A DNA stretch of 63,960 nt, the filler included, from Lentisphaeria bacterium (lineage in GTDB: Bacteria; Verrucomicrobiota; Lentisphaeria; JABSQK01; JAWLHB01), in the NCBI GenBank assembly GCA_041690595.1. It is 3 parts of 3 records of this genome, joined end to end, with 100 filler letters (N's around TTAATTAATTAA, not from the genome) between each part and the next. Parts side by side here need not be neighbours in the genome. Positions count along the whole stretch, not along the records: positions 28,582 to 55,970 come from JAWLHB010000068.1; 2 more parts are not named here. One strand, given 5' to 3'. A program made the translations under genes and the position numbers. The notes under the pieces were generated by a model. That model saw nothing but the letters and a program-made list of their open reading frames with translations, was not told the DNA's origin and searched no databases. This document shows positions 29,299 to 39,941 of this stretch, in pieces (the first letter of the stretch is position 1; each line of letters starts with the position of its first letter).

Positions 29299-31245
29299 AT
29301 GCCCAAATCGACTATCCGCCTACCGCTGCCATCCGCCTTGAGGATGATTGGAGACTATTTTGTCTCACGGCTGCGACAGCAGGTACGGTCTGTCGCCTTC
29401 ATCGTGATCTACATGGTCGCCTTTCAGCTCCTGATCTTCGGCCGCGCCCCGGCACAGGCGTTGACGATCGCCGGGGGCATTGCCCTCGTGGTGGTGGGGC
29501 TGGCGTTTCTGCTCGAGGGGCTCCTCCTGGGGCTGATGCCACTCGCCAGACAGGTGGGGCTGCACCTTTCCGCCCGCGGTGGGCTGAAGATCATTCTGCC
29601 GCTGGGTCTGCTGTTGGGCATTGCATCGACTCTGGCCGAACCGGCCGTTGCCGCGTTGCGAGCCGTGGGGGGCGGCATCGCAGCCTGGGAATCTCCTTTG
29701 CTCTTCTTCCTCCTCCAGACCAACCCCGACCTCCTTATCCTGGCGATCGCCATCGGCGTCGGCGTGGCGGTTGCCATCGGGATGGCCCGATTCTACATCG
29801 GCTTTGCCCTCAAGCCGGTGATACTCCTGAGCGTTGGTCTGCTGGTCGTCGCCTCGCTCTTCTGCTCCTATTCCGATGCGCTCGCACCCATTCTGGGGCT
29901 GGCCTGGGATGCCGGCGCGGTGACGACGGGAGCGGTTACCGTTTCGGTGGTGCTGGCCATTGGCATCGGCCTGTCGAGATCGTCCGGCAAGAGCCAGGGG
30001 GCAGGGAGCAGCTTTGGCATCATCATGCTCGCCTCTGCCTTGCCGGTGCTGGCGGTCATCATCCTGGGGATGATCCTGGTGCCGCGGCTGCCGGCGCCGA
30101 CCTCCGCGACGAACTTCTTCTCGGTGGAGATGCGGGAGCAGGTCTTACCCCTTTTCGAAGACGAAGACGCGTTTCAAGACTATGCTCAGGAGCATGTGGG
30201 GGCTGGCCGACAGGTGGAGCAGGTCGACGGCGCCCCGACACCCATCGTCAACGAATCTCCGCGGCGCACGACCCAGCCCTCGCTGCTGAAAGTCCTTGGC
30301 ACCGAGTCCCTGATGGCCTTGCGGGCGGTTCTCCCTCTGGCCGCCCTACTCGGGATCGTCCTCCTCTTTCTGCTGAGGGATCGCCCGCGCCACCCGGATG
30401 AGATCGTCATCGGAATCGTTTTCGCTTTTGTCGGGATGATGCTGTTGACGACGGGCATTCGCATCGGCCTCAGCCAACTGGGCAACGATGTCGGTCGGCG
30501 CCTGCCGCAAGTCTATGGTGAGGTGCGCGTGGAGCGCGGGAGGATCGTCGTCAACAATTTCGACCCAGCGATCGTCTTCAAGGCCGCGACTCCCGAAGGC
30601 GACACCATCGAAGCCTTTTCGATCTTCGATGGCGATACCTTTGAGACCGTGACCTACCGCCCCGAGTGGTACGACCCGGAACGCAAGATCTACATCCACC
30701 AGATTCATACCTCGCCGCTCACTCATCCGGTCCTCTCCCAGATCGGTTTGCTGCTCATTCTCCTCTTTGCCTTCGGCATGGGGTATGGCGCCACCATCGC
30801 CGAGCCCGCCTTGAACGCGCTGGGCAAGACTGTGGAAGAGATCACGGTGGGGACGACGAAGAGTGCATCCCTGGTGCGCGCCGTCGCCGTGGGTGTGGGG
30901 ATTGGCCTGGTCCTCGGGGTGATCCGGATACTCTACAACCTGCCGATGGTCTGGATGATTCTGCCCCCGTATCTCCTGCTCATTCCACTGACCCTGGCAA
31001 GCGACGAAGACTTCACCGGCATCGCGTGGGACAGCGGCGGCGTCACCACCGGCTCCGTGACCGTTCCTCTGGTCATGGCCATGGGGCTGGGCCTCGGAAC
31101 GCAGTTGGATATCGTGGACGGATTCGGCATCCTTGCCATGGCGGCAGCCTATACCGTTGTCACCGTCCACATCTTCGGGCTGATCGTGCTCGTCCGTCAA
31201 CGCCGCGTGGCACGCGCAACGGCAAGGGAACACGAAAATGGCTGA
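29299..31245 (+). CDS. Membrane protein with two fused DUF1538 domains
   Basis: Two copies of T.AEPA..AL and AWD.G.VTTG.VTV; many TM helices. Confidence 0.88.
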   Translation: MPKSTIRLPLPSALRMIGDYFVSRLRQQVRSVAFIVIYMVAFQLLIFGRAPAQALTIAGGIALVVVGLAFLLEGLLLGLMPLARQVGLHLSARGGLKIILPLGLLLGIASTLAEPAVAALRAVGGGIAAWESPLLFFLLQTNPDLLILAIAIGVGVAVAIGMARFYIGFALKPVILLSVGLLVVASLFCSYSDALAPILGLAWDAGAVTTGAVTVSVVLAIGIGLSRSSGKSQGAGSSFGIIMLASALPVLAVIILGMILVPRLPAPTSATNFFSVEMREQVLPLFEDEDAFQDYAQEHVGAGRQVEQVDGAPTPIVNESPRRTTQPSLLKVLGTESLMALRAVLPLAALLGIVLLFLLRDRPRHPDEIVIGIVFAFVGMMLLTTGIRIGLSQLGNDVGRRLPQVYGEVRVERGRIVVNNFDPAIVFKAATPEGDTIEAFSIFDGDTFETVTYRPEWYDPERKIYIHQIHTSPLTHPVLSQIGLLLILLFAFGMGYGATIAEPALNALGKTVEEITVGTTKSASLVRAVAVGVGIGLVLGVIRILYNLPMVWMILPPYLLLIPLTLASDEDFTGIAWDSGGVTTGSVTVPLVMAMGLGLGTQLDIVDGFGILAMAAAYTVVTVHIFGLIVLVRQRRVARATAREHENG

Positions 31246-32377
31246 AACACCCAAATCTCAAACCGTTCATCATGTCACCTTCGCTCTTCCCAAAAGACTT
31301 GGCGACAAGATGGCGCGCCTGCTTGCCGCGATGGAGATTCCGCTCGCCCTCGCGGAGAATGCACGCAGCGTGCGGCTGCGGCAGTTGCCGCGCCGGTTCG
31401 GCTTTCTCGGCCCGAGCAAGCGGAAGGAGGACAGCCCATCCGAGATCTACACCTTCACGCTCGAATCAAGCTCGTCAGCCGCGGTCGTTGGAGCCCTCGC
31501 ATCGGAGTTGGGAATCGACCGCCCCGGCCAGGGAAGCGTCCACGTTCAGGAAGTCTCCGAGTATGTAGCCGCCACTCCGGCGCCGATCCTGCCGGCAGCC
31601 GGGGGTAACGAGGCGCCTTCAGGCTTCATGCGGAATCTCGCCGTCATCACCTGCATTCTTTCCCGAAGCGGAAGCGGCGAAGAGCTTTCGCGGCTGGAGT
31701 TGGAGCTGGGTACGGGAGTCCCCATCGTTACCTATGGCTCCAGCACCGGCATGCGCGATCGGCTCGGTCTGCTGCGCATCACCATCCCCCCGGAAAAGGA
31801 GCTCGTCCACCTCCTCGTTCCCGCTCTCGACGCCGAAAGCGTGATCCACATGCTGATCGAGAATGGCAGACTCAATCGGCCTGGGAAAGGGTTTGTCTAT
31901 TGCGAGAGCGCCAGCTTCGGCTACTTCGATACCAGCTTGCGCATCGGCCATCAACCGCACCTGGCCAGCATGGAACAGCTCATCGCCGCCGTCGATCACC
32001 TCAAGGGCAATACCGACTGGCGCCGCCTCGCCGAACCCGACGCCGAGGCTACCTTCAGAACGAATCGGCAGTGCGCCGAGATTGTTCTCCTCTGCCCGCC
32101 CGAGCACTCCGCTCGCTTTGTCGATGCCGCCATGCAGGCCGGCGCCGAGGGGGCGACCACCATGCTCCTCCGGCGACTCACGACCAAGACTGACGAAGGC
32201 GGCGCCTGCGAACGCTGCATACTGATCGTTCCCAGAAGCATAGCTGAGCCCGTGCTCGACTCCATTCTTCACGCTGCTCAGGAGTATGGAGGAAAGCTGA
32301 TGTCCCTTCAACTGCAACCCCTCCTGCACGTCTTCTCCCACCGCTTCGGGCAAACCAGCGATTCCCTGGATGGCTGA
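31238..32377 (+). CDS. Multi-domain PII-like protein
   Basis: GIDRPGQGSVHV, PEKELV..LNRPGKGFVY, DAAMQAGAEGAT; overlaps the DUF1538 gene. Confidence 0.7.
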   Translation: MAETPKSQTVHHVTFALPKRLGDKMARLLAAMEIPLALAENARSVRLRQLPRRFGFLGPSKRKEDSPSEIYTFTLESSSSAAVVGALASELGIDRPGQGSVHVQEVSEYVAATPAPILPAAGGNEAPSGFMRNLAVITCILSRSGSGEELSRLELELGTGVPIVTYGSSTGMRDRLGLLRITIPPEKELVHLLVPALDAESVIHMLIENGRLNRPGKGFVYCESASFGYFDTSLRIGHQPHLASMEQLIAAVDHLKGNTDWRRLAEPDAEATFRTNRQCAEIVLLCPPEHSARFVDAAMQAGAEGATTMLLRRLTTKTDEGGACERCILIVPRSIAEPVLDSILHAAQEYGGKLMSLQLQPLLHVFSHRFGQTSDSLDG

Positions 32378-32479
32378 ACTCACGGCAAGCGGTTTGACAA
32401 GCGGTGCGACAACTGGGCCGATGGCCCGTATACTTTCATGACGAGACAGTCGAAGCTTGATACTCAACGATAGGACGAC

Positions 32480-33055
32480 ATGATGGTCTGGAGCCATACC
32501 AACCGAAAGGGGCATGCCTGGTACCTGTACGAAGGCAGAACGAAGCACGGCAAGGTGCGCTACACCTGCAAACGATCCAAGGAAGAAGGGGCGCTGGCGG
32601 AACTGCCGGAAGGCCATGAGGTCTATGAACTGCCCAATGGGCAAGTCTTTGTTCGCCGGTGTCAGCCCAAGCTTTTCACCCCGAATGAGCTGCGGACCGT
32701 CGAGTTCGCCCTGGACTCCCTCGGCTTGGCTAAGCGCACCATCATCGAGTGCAAGGGAAAGGCTATGATCATCCACTACGCGGATCCTCCCGAGCTTCCC
32801 GACCTCGGCATACCCTTGCCCGAGCATCTGACGAGAAAGTACTTGGAAAAGCGGGAGGCGAAAGCCATCTTCCTTCCCATGCTGAAGTTCGAACTCCTCG
32901 ACCCTGTGAAACGCACCTTCTCCGCCTCCCTTTGGTGCTCTTGCGGCCCCACTGATGGCTGGACGGCTCTCCACTCCCGCACCCAAGATCTTTTCTCCCT
33001 CGCCGGTCGCTTTCTTCCCTCTCTCGCAAACGACTCCTTTTACGAACTCATGTAG
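32480..33055 (+). CDS. Conserved hypothetical protein
   Basis: AGGA upstream; protein-like sequence (HTNRKG..YLY; ELPEGHEVYELPNGQVFVR). Confidence 0.7.
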   Translation: MMVWSHTNRKGHAWYLYEGRTKHGKVRYTCKRSKEEGALAELPEGHEVYELPNGQVFVRRCQPKLFTPNELRTVEFALDSLGLAKRTIIECKGKAMIIHYADPPELPDLGIPLPEHLTRKYLEKREAKAIFLPMLKFELLDPVKRTFSASLWCSCGPTDGWTALHSRTQDLFSLAGRFLPSLANDSFYELM

Positions 33056-33067
33056 GCGCCCGATCAC

Positions 33068-33343
33068 TCACCATAAGCGCGACAGAAGGGCGTGTGATGC
33101 TGCCTCGAACGAGAGCCACAGCCATGGCAAGAGCAGCAGGATGCAGACATAGGGCCGATGGCTGGTCCTGCTATCCGCATGGTGGCCAACATAGAGTCCC
33201 CGCAAGGCAACACCAAGACACACAGCGATCTGAAGCGAAGCACGCGTCAATGTCCGCAAATCCGCCACCTGCATGAAGAGCAGCAACAGCAGAATCGACA
33301 GCGTCGCGGTGGCTAGAATCTCGAGTTTATACCCATCCCTCAT
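33068..33343 (-). CDS. Small hypothetical membrane protein
   Basis: Three hydrophobic segments; lies downstream of clpA on the same strand. Confidence 0.4.
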   Translation of the reverse strand: MRDGYKLEILATATLSILLLLLFMQVADLRTLTRASLQIAVCLGVALRGLYVGHHADSRTSHRPYVCILLLLPWLWLSFEAASHALLSRLW

Positions 33344-33410
33344 GGCAGCAGCCCCTCATGCTGATCGTGACTGGTCGCCGCAGGCCGGTCTCTGCTCCGA
33401 AAGGCCGGGA

Positions 33411-35732
33411 CTACGCGGGCCTGAAGCGGATATCCAGCAGACCCTCGGCCACGTCCACGATGGCCACGCCCCCCTTGGTAAGTTGACCAAAGAGGATGTC
33501 GTCGACCAGACGCTCCTGGATCTCATGCTGGATGAGCTTTGCGATCGGTCGAGCCCCATACTTCGGATCGTAGCCATGCTCCGCCAGCCAGCGACGGGCT
33601 GCCGGCGTCGTCTCCAACCGCACATTCTTATGCGCAAGCCGTTCCGAAAGCTCACCCACGAACTTGTCGACAATCCGCTCGATCAGCGGCATCGTCAGCG
33701 GTTGGAAGTAAACGATCGCGTCGAGGCGGTTGCGGAACTCCGGCGTAAAGAAGCGTTCCACTGCCCGCGCACTGTCCGCCGGCATGGCCATTTCATTCTG
33801 GAAACCGATGATGTCGGCGGCCAACTCCTTCGCCCCCACGTTCGACGTCATGATGACGATCGTATTGCGGAAGTCAGCCTTTCGCCCGTTGTTATCGGTC
33901 AGCGTGCCATAGTCCATGATCTGCAGCAGGACGTTGAAGATGTCGCTGTGCGCCTTCTCGATCTCGTCGAGCAGAAGAACGCAGTACGGTGTACGGTTGA
34001 TCGCCTCCGTCAGAAGGCCACCTTGCTCGAACCCGACATATCCTGGTGGCGCACCCACGAGCCGGGAGACCGTATGCTTCTCCGCATACTCGCTCATGTC
34101 GAAGCGGATGAAGTTGATACCCAGCACTTCCGCCAGCTGCTTGCTCAACTCTGTCTTGCCAACCCCGGTAGGCCCCGCAAAGAGGTAGGATCCAACCGGC
34201 TTCACCGGGTCACGCATCCCGGCACGGGACAGCTTGACCGCCCTCGCGATTCGCGCGATTGCCGGATCCTGGCCGAATATCACCTCGCGCAGCTGCTCTT
34301 CCAGCCCCCTCAGCCGCTCCTCCTCCGATGAGCTCACCCGCGCCGGCGGCAGGTTCGCGATCTCCGCGATCATCTCCTCCACATCGCGCACGGTAATCGT
34401 CTTCTTGCGCTGACTGGGAGAAAGCAGCGCATTGGCGGCCCCCGCTTCATCCACCACGTCAATCGCCTTGTCGGGAAGAAAGCGGTCGCTCATATGCCGG
34501 GACGCCAGTTTCGCGGCAGCCTCGAGAGCGGACGGGTTCAGGGTGATCCCGTAGTGCTTCTCATAGTACGGCCGAAGCCCCATCAGGATCGCCACCGTCT
34601 CGTCCACGGAAGGTTCCGGCACATCGATCTTCTGGAAACGGCGCGAAAGGGCCCGATCGCGAAGAATATGGTTCTTGTACTCCTGGAAGGTCGATGAGCC
34701 AATGCAGCGGATAGTGCCGTTAGCCAGGACCGGCTTCAGGATATTGGCCGCGTCCATCGAGCCACCCTGCGTCGCGCCCGCACCCACAATCGTATGCAGC
34801 TCGTCGATGAAAAGCACCGCGTTCGGATTCTGCTGCAATGCCTGGATCACCGCCTTGAGCCGCTCCTCGAACTGACCACGAAACTTCGTCCCCGCCAGAA
34901 GCGCACCCAGATCCAGCGCGTAGATCTCCGACTCCAGCAGCGCGTCCGGCACATCCCCGGAGACCACCAGCCTCGCCAGCCCTTCCACGATCGCCGTCTT
35001 CCCCACCCCGGGTTCTCCAATCAGCAGTGGGTTGTTCTTGCGCCGGCGGCAGAGGGTACGCATCACCCGCTTCAACTCCAGCTTGCGCCCGACTATCGGG
35101 TCGATGCGATCCTGGCGGGCAAGCTCGGTCAGATTGCTGGTGAAGCGCCGCAGCACCCGCTCGGGGGTAGGGCGGCCACGCTCTTCAGCCCCCTCCGAAC
35201 CGTCGAAATCTTCATCCTCTTCGTCGTCCAGTCCGTCGACGTCATTCTCGGCATCGAGGCCAAGGTCGCCAAGGCTCTCCTCGCGCTCGCTCACGCCATG
35301 CGAGACGTACTTCACCACGCCGAAACGCGTCACTCCCTGCTTGGTGAGAAAATAGACCGCAAACGACTCTTCTTCCTCGAAGAGCGCCACCAGAATATCC
35401 GTCCCCTCCAGCACCTTCTTTTCGCAACTCATCACATGCTGAAAGGCCCGCGCGAAGATTCGCTGCACTGCAATTGTCTGCTGTGGAAAATAGTTCTCCG
35501 GCGGTTCCGCCAGCGCTTCGACACTCGACTCCAGGAACAGCTCCAGTTCCACCTTCAGCTTGTCGATGTCACCACCCGCGTGGAAGATGGCTTCCCGCGA
35601 GTCAGGATCATGAAGCAGCGCGTATAACAGATGCTCTACCTGCAGGTACTCGTGGTGTCTTTTACGTGCGAGGTCGACCGCCATTTCAAGCGTTATCTGC
35701 ACGGCCGAACTGAGTGTGGGATGGTCTGGCAT
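33411..35732 (-). CDS. clpA: ATP-dependent Clp protease ATP-binding subunit ClpA
   Basis: Clp N domain, two Walker A motifs ([16 protein letters not shown]), no M domain, clpS upstream. Confidence 0.96.
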   Translation of the reverse strand: MPDHPTLSSAVQITLEMAVDLARKRHHEYLQVEHLLYALLHDPDSREAIFHAGGDIDKLKVELELFLESSVEALAEPPENYFPQQTIAVQRIFARAFQHVMSCEKKVLEGTDILVALFEEEESFAVYFLTKQGVTRFGVVKYVSHGVSEREESLGDLGLDAENDVDGLDDEEDEDFDGSEGAEERGRPTPERVLRRFTSNLTELARQDRIDPIVGRKLELKRVMRTLCRRRKNNPLLIGEPGVGKTAIVEGLARLVVSGDVPDALLESEIYALDLGALLAGTKFRGQFEERLKAVIQALQQNPNAVLFIDELHTIVGAGATQGGSMDAANILKPVLANGTIRCIGSSTFQEYKNHILRDRALSRRFQKIDVPEPSVDETVAILMGLRPYYEKHYGITLNPSALEAAAKLASRHMSDRFLPDKAIDVVDEAGAANALLSPSQRKKTITVRDVEEMIAEIANLPPARVSSSEEERLRGLEEQLREVIFGQDPAIARIARAVKLSRAGMRDPVKPVGSYLFAGPTGVGKTELSKQLAEVLGINFIRFDMSEYAEKHTVSRLVGAPPGYVGFEQGGLLTEAINRTPYCVLLLDEIEKAHSDIFNVLLQIMDYGTLTDNNGRKADFRNTIVIMTSNVGAKELAADIIGFQNEMAMPADSARAVERFFTPEFRNRLDAIVYFQPLTMPLIERIVDKFVGELSERLAHKNVRLETTPAARRWLAEHGYDPKYGARPIAKLIQHEIQERLVDDILFGQLTKGGVAIVDVAEGLLDIRFRPA

Positions 35733-35807
35733 GAAGAAGAGTACTCTGTGCTGGAGCAGAAGGTGAGAGGAATGGAGGTGGTGTCGAAAGCTTGGACCGG
35801 TCCGCCG

Positions 35808-36122
35808 TCAGTCGGGTTCCATCGAGCATTGGAGTGGGAATTCATGGGCCTTGGCCAGTTCCCGGACGCGCTGCACCTTCGTCTCCGCGACTTCACGCGA
35901 GTAGACGCCGGCCAGACCATGGCCTCGCCGGTGCACTGCCAGCATAATGTGGATGGCTTCCGGCTCGGTCTTGTGGAAGACCTCCACCAGTACCATCGTC
36001 ACAAAATCCATGGGCGTGTAATCGTCGTTGTGAAGGATTACCTTATACATGCGCGGTTTCTGCGCACGACTCTCTTCTTTGGTCAGCGTATCTTCGCCGT
36101 GGAGGGGATTCGGATCAGGCAT
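35808..36122 (-). CDS. clpS: Clp adaptor ClpS
   Basis: YKVILHNDDYTPMDFV..EVAETKV..FPL. Confidence 0.97.
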   Translation of the reverse strand: MPDPNPLHGEDTLTKEESRAQKPRMYKVILHNDDYTPMDFVTMVLVEVFHKTEPEAIHIMLAVHRRGHGLAGVYSREVAETKVQRVRELAKAHEFPLQCSMEPD

Positions 36123-36165
36123 CGGGTAGGTAAGTCGGGGGCTGAGCGCCTCCTCGCATCATCTC

Positions 36166-36195
36166 TTGACACGGGTACGCGCTTGATGGTATGTA
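36166..36195 (+). promoter_or_regulatory. Putative sigma70 promoter of the DJ-1 gene
   Basis: TTGACA-18 nt-TATGTA with TG extension. Confidence 0.35.
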
Positions 36196-36261
36196 CAAAT
36201 ATGACTGGTCGCGAACGACTGGCAGAATGTTAATCTACAGGAAGAATGAAGGATTTCACCA

Positions 36262-36804
36262 ATGAAGATCGCGGTTTTGTTCGCTCTGGGCTTCGAGGAA
36301 GTCGAAGCCATGTCCATCGTCGATGTCCTGCGACGCGCTGAATTCGACGTCATCACCGCCGGCGTCGGTGGAACCTCCATCACCGCCGCTCATCAGGTTA
36401 CCATCCTCACCGACACCATCGTCGAAAAGCTCGATGCAGCACAGCTCGACGCCGTTGTCCTCCCCGGCGGCATGCCCGGCGCCGCAAACCTGCGTGATTC
36501 CACCATCGTCATCGACCTCCTCAAGGAAATGGCCGCCGCGGGCAAATGGATCTGCGCCATTTGCGCCGCCCCCATGGTCCTGCAAGAGGCGGGCTTGATC
36601 GGCAACCGCAGGTTCACCTGCTACCCGGGCTTCGAGAAAGAGTGCGGCGATGGCATCCATACTGGCGAACGCGTGACCGTCGACGGCAGACTCATTACCG
36701 GCAAGGGGCCAGGAGCCGCCCTCGAGTTCGCCTTGGAGTTGGTTCGCCAGTTCGGCAAACCACAGATCGCGGCTCAACTGCACGATGGCATGCTGGTAAG
36801 CTGA
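36262..36804 (+). CDS. DJ-1/PfpI (YajL/ThiJ-like) protein
   Basis: GFEEVEA, LPGGMPGA, AICAAP, TCYPG, ITGKGPG. Confidence 0.93.
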   Translation: MKIAVLFALGFEEVEAMSIVDVLRRAEFDVITAGVGGTSITAAHQVTILTDTIVEKLDAAQLDAVVLPGGMPGAANLRDSTIVIDLLKEMAAAGKWICAICAAPMVLQEAGLIGNRRFTCYPGFEKECGDGIHTGERVTVDGRLITGKGPGAALEFALELVRQFGKPQIAAQLHDGMLVS

Positions 36805-36900
36805 AGGGATCATATTGCAGCTGGTGCCGTAGCAGCTTATTGTAGACGTGTGCGGAGGCGCAACCCCATCAGCCAATCCATTAATGGAAAGGTCATATAC

Positions 36901-37737
36901 ATGAAGACGACGACCAGGCGCATTGTGGCAGCGGCTGCAATCGTGGTGATCCTGCTCATTCTCGCTGGTTTAATCACTCTGTACCTCTCCCTCAATCGCA
37001 TCGTCAGGTCCGCCGTCGAAACCGTCGGTCCACAGATGACCGGCACTGCTCTGACGATTGGCGACGTCGACGTCTCGCCTTTCCGGGGCAAGCTGAAGCT
37101 CCAGGATCTGCTGGTAGGAAATCCAGAAGGCTTCCGCACCGACAGCGCCTTCACGCTTAAGTCCGTCGAAGTCCACATGGACCTTCGCTCCCTCACCCGC
37201 GACACCATCATCATCCACAAGATCGTGGTGCACGTCCCTCAGATCACCTACGAAATGGGCATGGGCGGCTCCAATCTGGCCAAAATACAGCAGAACATCG
37301 AAGACTTCGCACCAAAGCCCGCCACCACCGACGACGAACCGGAAGTCGCCGGCAAGAAGGTCATTATCGAACTCTTCGAAATCACCGACGGCAGCGTCCG
37401 CCTGAGCGCCAGCCTCCTTCAGGGACAGGCCGCTTCACTCCCCTTGCCCGATGTGCGAATGGCCGACATCGGCAGCAATGACGATGGCACCGAAGGCGCC
37501 ACTTGGAAGGAGGCCGTTGACGAAATGTTCGGCCTGCTCCTTGGCTCTGTGCAGAACGTCATGGAAGGCGCCGGAGCTTTGCTGAAGGAAAGCGGCAAGC
37601 GCCTCGACGAAGCTGCAAGAGAGGTCGGCGAGGGTATCAAGGGAAGCACCGAAGGCGCACGTGAGGCCGTGGACAAGACCCTGGGCGGCATCAAGAACAT
37701 GTTCGGTGGCCAGGCAGAAGAGGACAACCAGGAATGA
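36901..37737 (+). CDS. AsmA/DUF748-like membrane-anchored protein
   Basis: N-terminal TM helix; LLVGNPEGF..AF; beta-rich body. Confidence 0.7.
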   Translation: MKTTTRRIVAAAAIVVILLILAGLITLYLSLNRIVRSAVETVGPQMTGTALTIGDVDVSPFRGKLKLQDLLVGNPEGFRTDSAFTLKSVEVHMDLRSLTRDTIIIHKIVVHVPQITYEMGMGGSNLAKIQQNIEDFAPKPATTDDEPEVAGKKVIIELFEITDGSVRLSASLLQGQAASLPLPDVRMADIGSNDDGTEGATWKEAVDEMFGLLLGSVQNVMEGAGALLKESGKRLDEAAREVGEGIKGSTEGAREAVDKTLGGIKNMFGGQAEEDNQE

Positions 37738-38630
37738 CCATGAAAAATCTATCCGCATCAGGAGATACCACCATGCCCCCCAACGCCCGCCATTTCCTAC
37801 CATCCCGCTTCCGCAAGTTGCTCCCCACGCTCCTCCTTCTGGCGGTGGCTGCCATCTTCACCGGCTGCGTCAGCGCTCCCATCACCGGAAGAAACCAGCT
37901 TATCCTTGTGCCCAACTCTGAAATGCAGGCGATGGCAACCGCGCAATACGGGGAAGTCCTCAGCCAGTCCAACGTGGTCACAGGCACGCCCGAGGCGCGC
38001 ATGATCGAGGACGTCGGGCGGCGTATCGCTTCCGCCACGGACGAGTATGTACGCCGCTCTGGCCTCGACATGCAATTCGAGTGGGAGTTCTCCCTTATCC
38101 AGAGCGATGATCTCAATGCCTGGTGCATGCCCGGAGGAAAAATTGCCTTCTATACCGGCATTCTCCCCGTTTGTCAGGGACCCAACGGCGTCGCCGTAGT
38201 CATGGGACATGAGGTCGCACACGCCCTCGCCCGGCATGGCGCTGAACGTTTCAGCCAAGCCCTCGCTTCACAACTGGGCGTCGTCGCTCTCGATGTCGCC
38301 TTGCGTAACCAGCCCACCGAAACACGCCAACTCTGGATGACCGCGGTCGGCGCTGGACTCACCTTTGGCGTTGTCCTGCCATACGGTCGCAAACAGGAGT
38401 ACGAAGCCGACCATATCGGTCTGATTTTGACCGCCATGGCTGGATTTGACCCACGCGAGGCGATACCTTTCTGGCAACGAATGGGACAGGCTGGAGGTGG
38501 ACAGCCGCCCGAGTTCATGTCCACACACCCCGCCGGTCAGAACCGAATCAAGCAACTACAAGAGCTTATGCCCGAAGCGCTCAAATACTATGATAACCGC
38601 GCCGCCGGCAGTGGAGGTAGCCGCCAGTGA
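37734..38630 (+). CDS. M48 family Zn metallopeptidase lipoprotein
   Basis: Lipobox FTGC, NAWCMPGG, HEVAH, EYEAD, STHP. Confidence 0.93.
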   Translation: MTMKNLSASGDTTMPPNARHFLPSRFRKLLPTLLLLAVAAIFTGCVSAPITGRNQLILVPNSEMQAMATAQYGEVLSQSNVVTGTPEARMIEDVGRRIASATDEYVRRSGLDMQFEWEFSLIQSDDLNAWCMPGGKIAFYTGILPVCQGPNGVAVVMGHEVAHALARHGAERFSQALASQLGVVALDVALRNQPTETRQLWMTAVGAGLTFGVVLPYGRKQEYEADHIGLILTAMAGFDPREAIPFWQRMGQAGGGQPPEFMSTHPAGQNRIKQLQELMPEALKYYDNRAAGSGGSRQ

Positions 38631-38911
38631 AACGACGAAAACTAGGACCTGCCTACGAAAGAGCGCCTGCAGAGGTCGCTGGCGACTGGGTGCACCGAAA
38701 CCTGCTCGTCCTCGCTTCCATCGTTGTCTTCAGCGTCATCTTCCTCATCCTTTTCAACGTCTTCGTCGATCAGGGGCTCAACTTCATCGCCAGCGGCGGC
38801 GACGAAGCGACCGCTTCCCGATTCGACTCGAATCATCCCACCGCCGTTGCCGCCAAAATCATCGGCGTTATCCTCATTTCCGTCCTCTTGATCAAGAGCA
38901 GAGCCAAGTAA
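38627..38911 (+). CDS. Small two-TM membrane protein
   Basis: GTGA overlap, GGAGG upstream, two hydrophobic helices. Confidence 0.65.
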   Translation: MKRRKLGPAYERAPAEVAGDWVHRNLLVLASIVVFSVIFLILFNVFVDQGLNFIASGGDEATASRFDSNHPTAVAAKIIGVILISVLLIKSRAK

Positions 38912-39077
38912 CCAAAACGTTCTGATAGTACCGGAGGTTTAATTTTACTTTAATCTTGCTATCTGAAAACTAGTGGCTAATTTACCATTAGAGAGACAGG
39001 GTCGAATGCCCCCTGATTGTCAGGGACTGCATCTCGACAAATCGCTCATCAAGCTGATGTCCTAAGGGAGGCATGTC

Positions 39078-39908
39078 ATGAAAATTCTGCTTTACGTGTT
39101 GATGATCCTCGCCGCCGGCGGGATGCTCTTTGGAAACAAGAAATACAAGGCGAAAGGAGTTGCGTGGGGACGGCCCTTGGCTGGCGCCTGCGGTGTTCTC
39201 TCGCTCGTCTTCGCTATCTGGCTGATCGCCATGCAACTCACCGGCAACCGCGGCCGTGTCGAGGGCATCATCGCCAATGAGAACAAGTACTATTCGGCCA
39301 AGCTTCAGTTCCTGGCGGATTACCTCGCCGATAAACATGGTGACAAGGAATATCTGGTCATCATGAACCCGCCCACGGAGTACAACGCTGAGCGTGACCA
39401 GTTACTCAAGGACGCGCTCAGGTCGCTGAACGTGACGGAATGGTACGTTCTCGAGCCGGAAATGCCCGTGGGCATGCTTACTGGTGATATCCCCGAGGAA
39501 GCCATGATGGACCCCATGATGGAAGAGCAGCTCACGCCTGAGCGCTTCAACAAAATCCTCCATGAATTCCCCGATGTAGACGCTGTGATCTCCACCATCG
39601 GCCTCCCGATGGAATATCAGGGCCTGCTGGTCTTCAGCCAGAAGCCCTACCAGGAGTTCAAGGATAAGCACGGCAAGGAGCCACCGGCTCTCGTTCTGCT
39701 CGACGCCTACATCTACGAACTCAAGAACTCCATCAATGGAAAGCAGATTCTCGCCGCTGTTACCTATAATCCAGGCGCCGACTATCGCCCGGACGAGAAT
39801 GTTCCCAAGGATTACAAAGAAGCATTCGAGAAGCGCTACCTGCTCATCACCCCGGAGAATGTCTCCGAGATGGCGACCACGCATGAGAGCCTCTTCGCCG
39901 CTGAATGA
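39078..39908 (+). CDS. Hypothetical membrane-anchored protein
   Basis: GGGAGG RBS; two N-terminal TM segments. Confidence 0.75.
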   Translation: MKILLYVLMILAAGGMLFGNKKYKAKGVAWGRPLAGACGVLSLVFAIWLIAMQLTGNRGRVEGIIANENKYYSAKLQFLADYLADKHGDKEYLVIMNPPTEYNAERDQLLKDALRSLNVTEWYVLEPEMPVGMLTGDIPEEAMMDPMMEEQLTPERFNKILHEFPDVDAVISTIGLPMEYQGLLVFSQKPYQEFKDKHGKEPPALVLLDAYIYELKNSINGKQILAAVTYNPGADYRPDENVPKDYKEAFEKRYLLITPENVSEMATTHESLFAAE

Positions 39909-39941
39909 CCGCAAGTCCGAGATGTTCATTTCTTGAACGAC

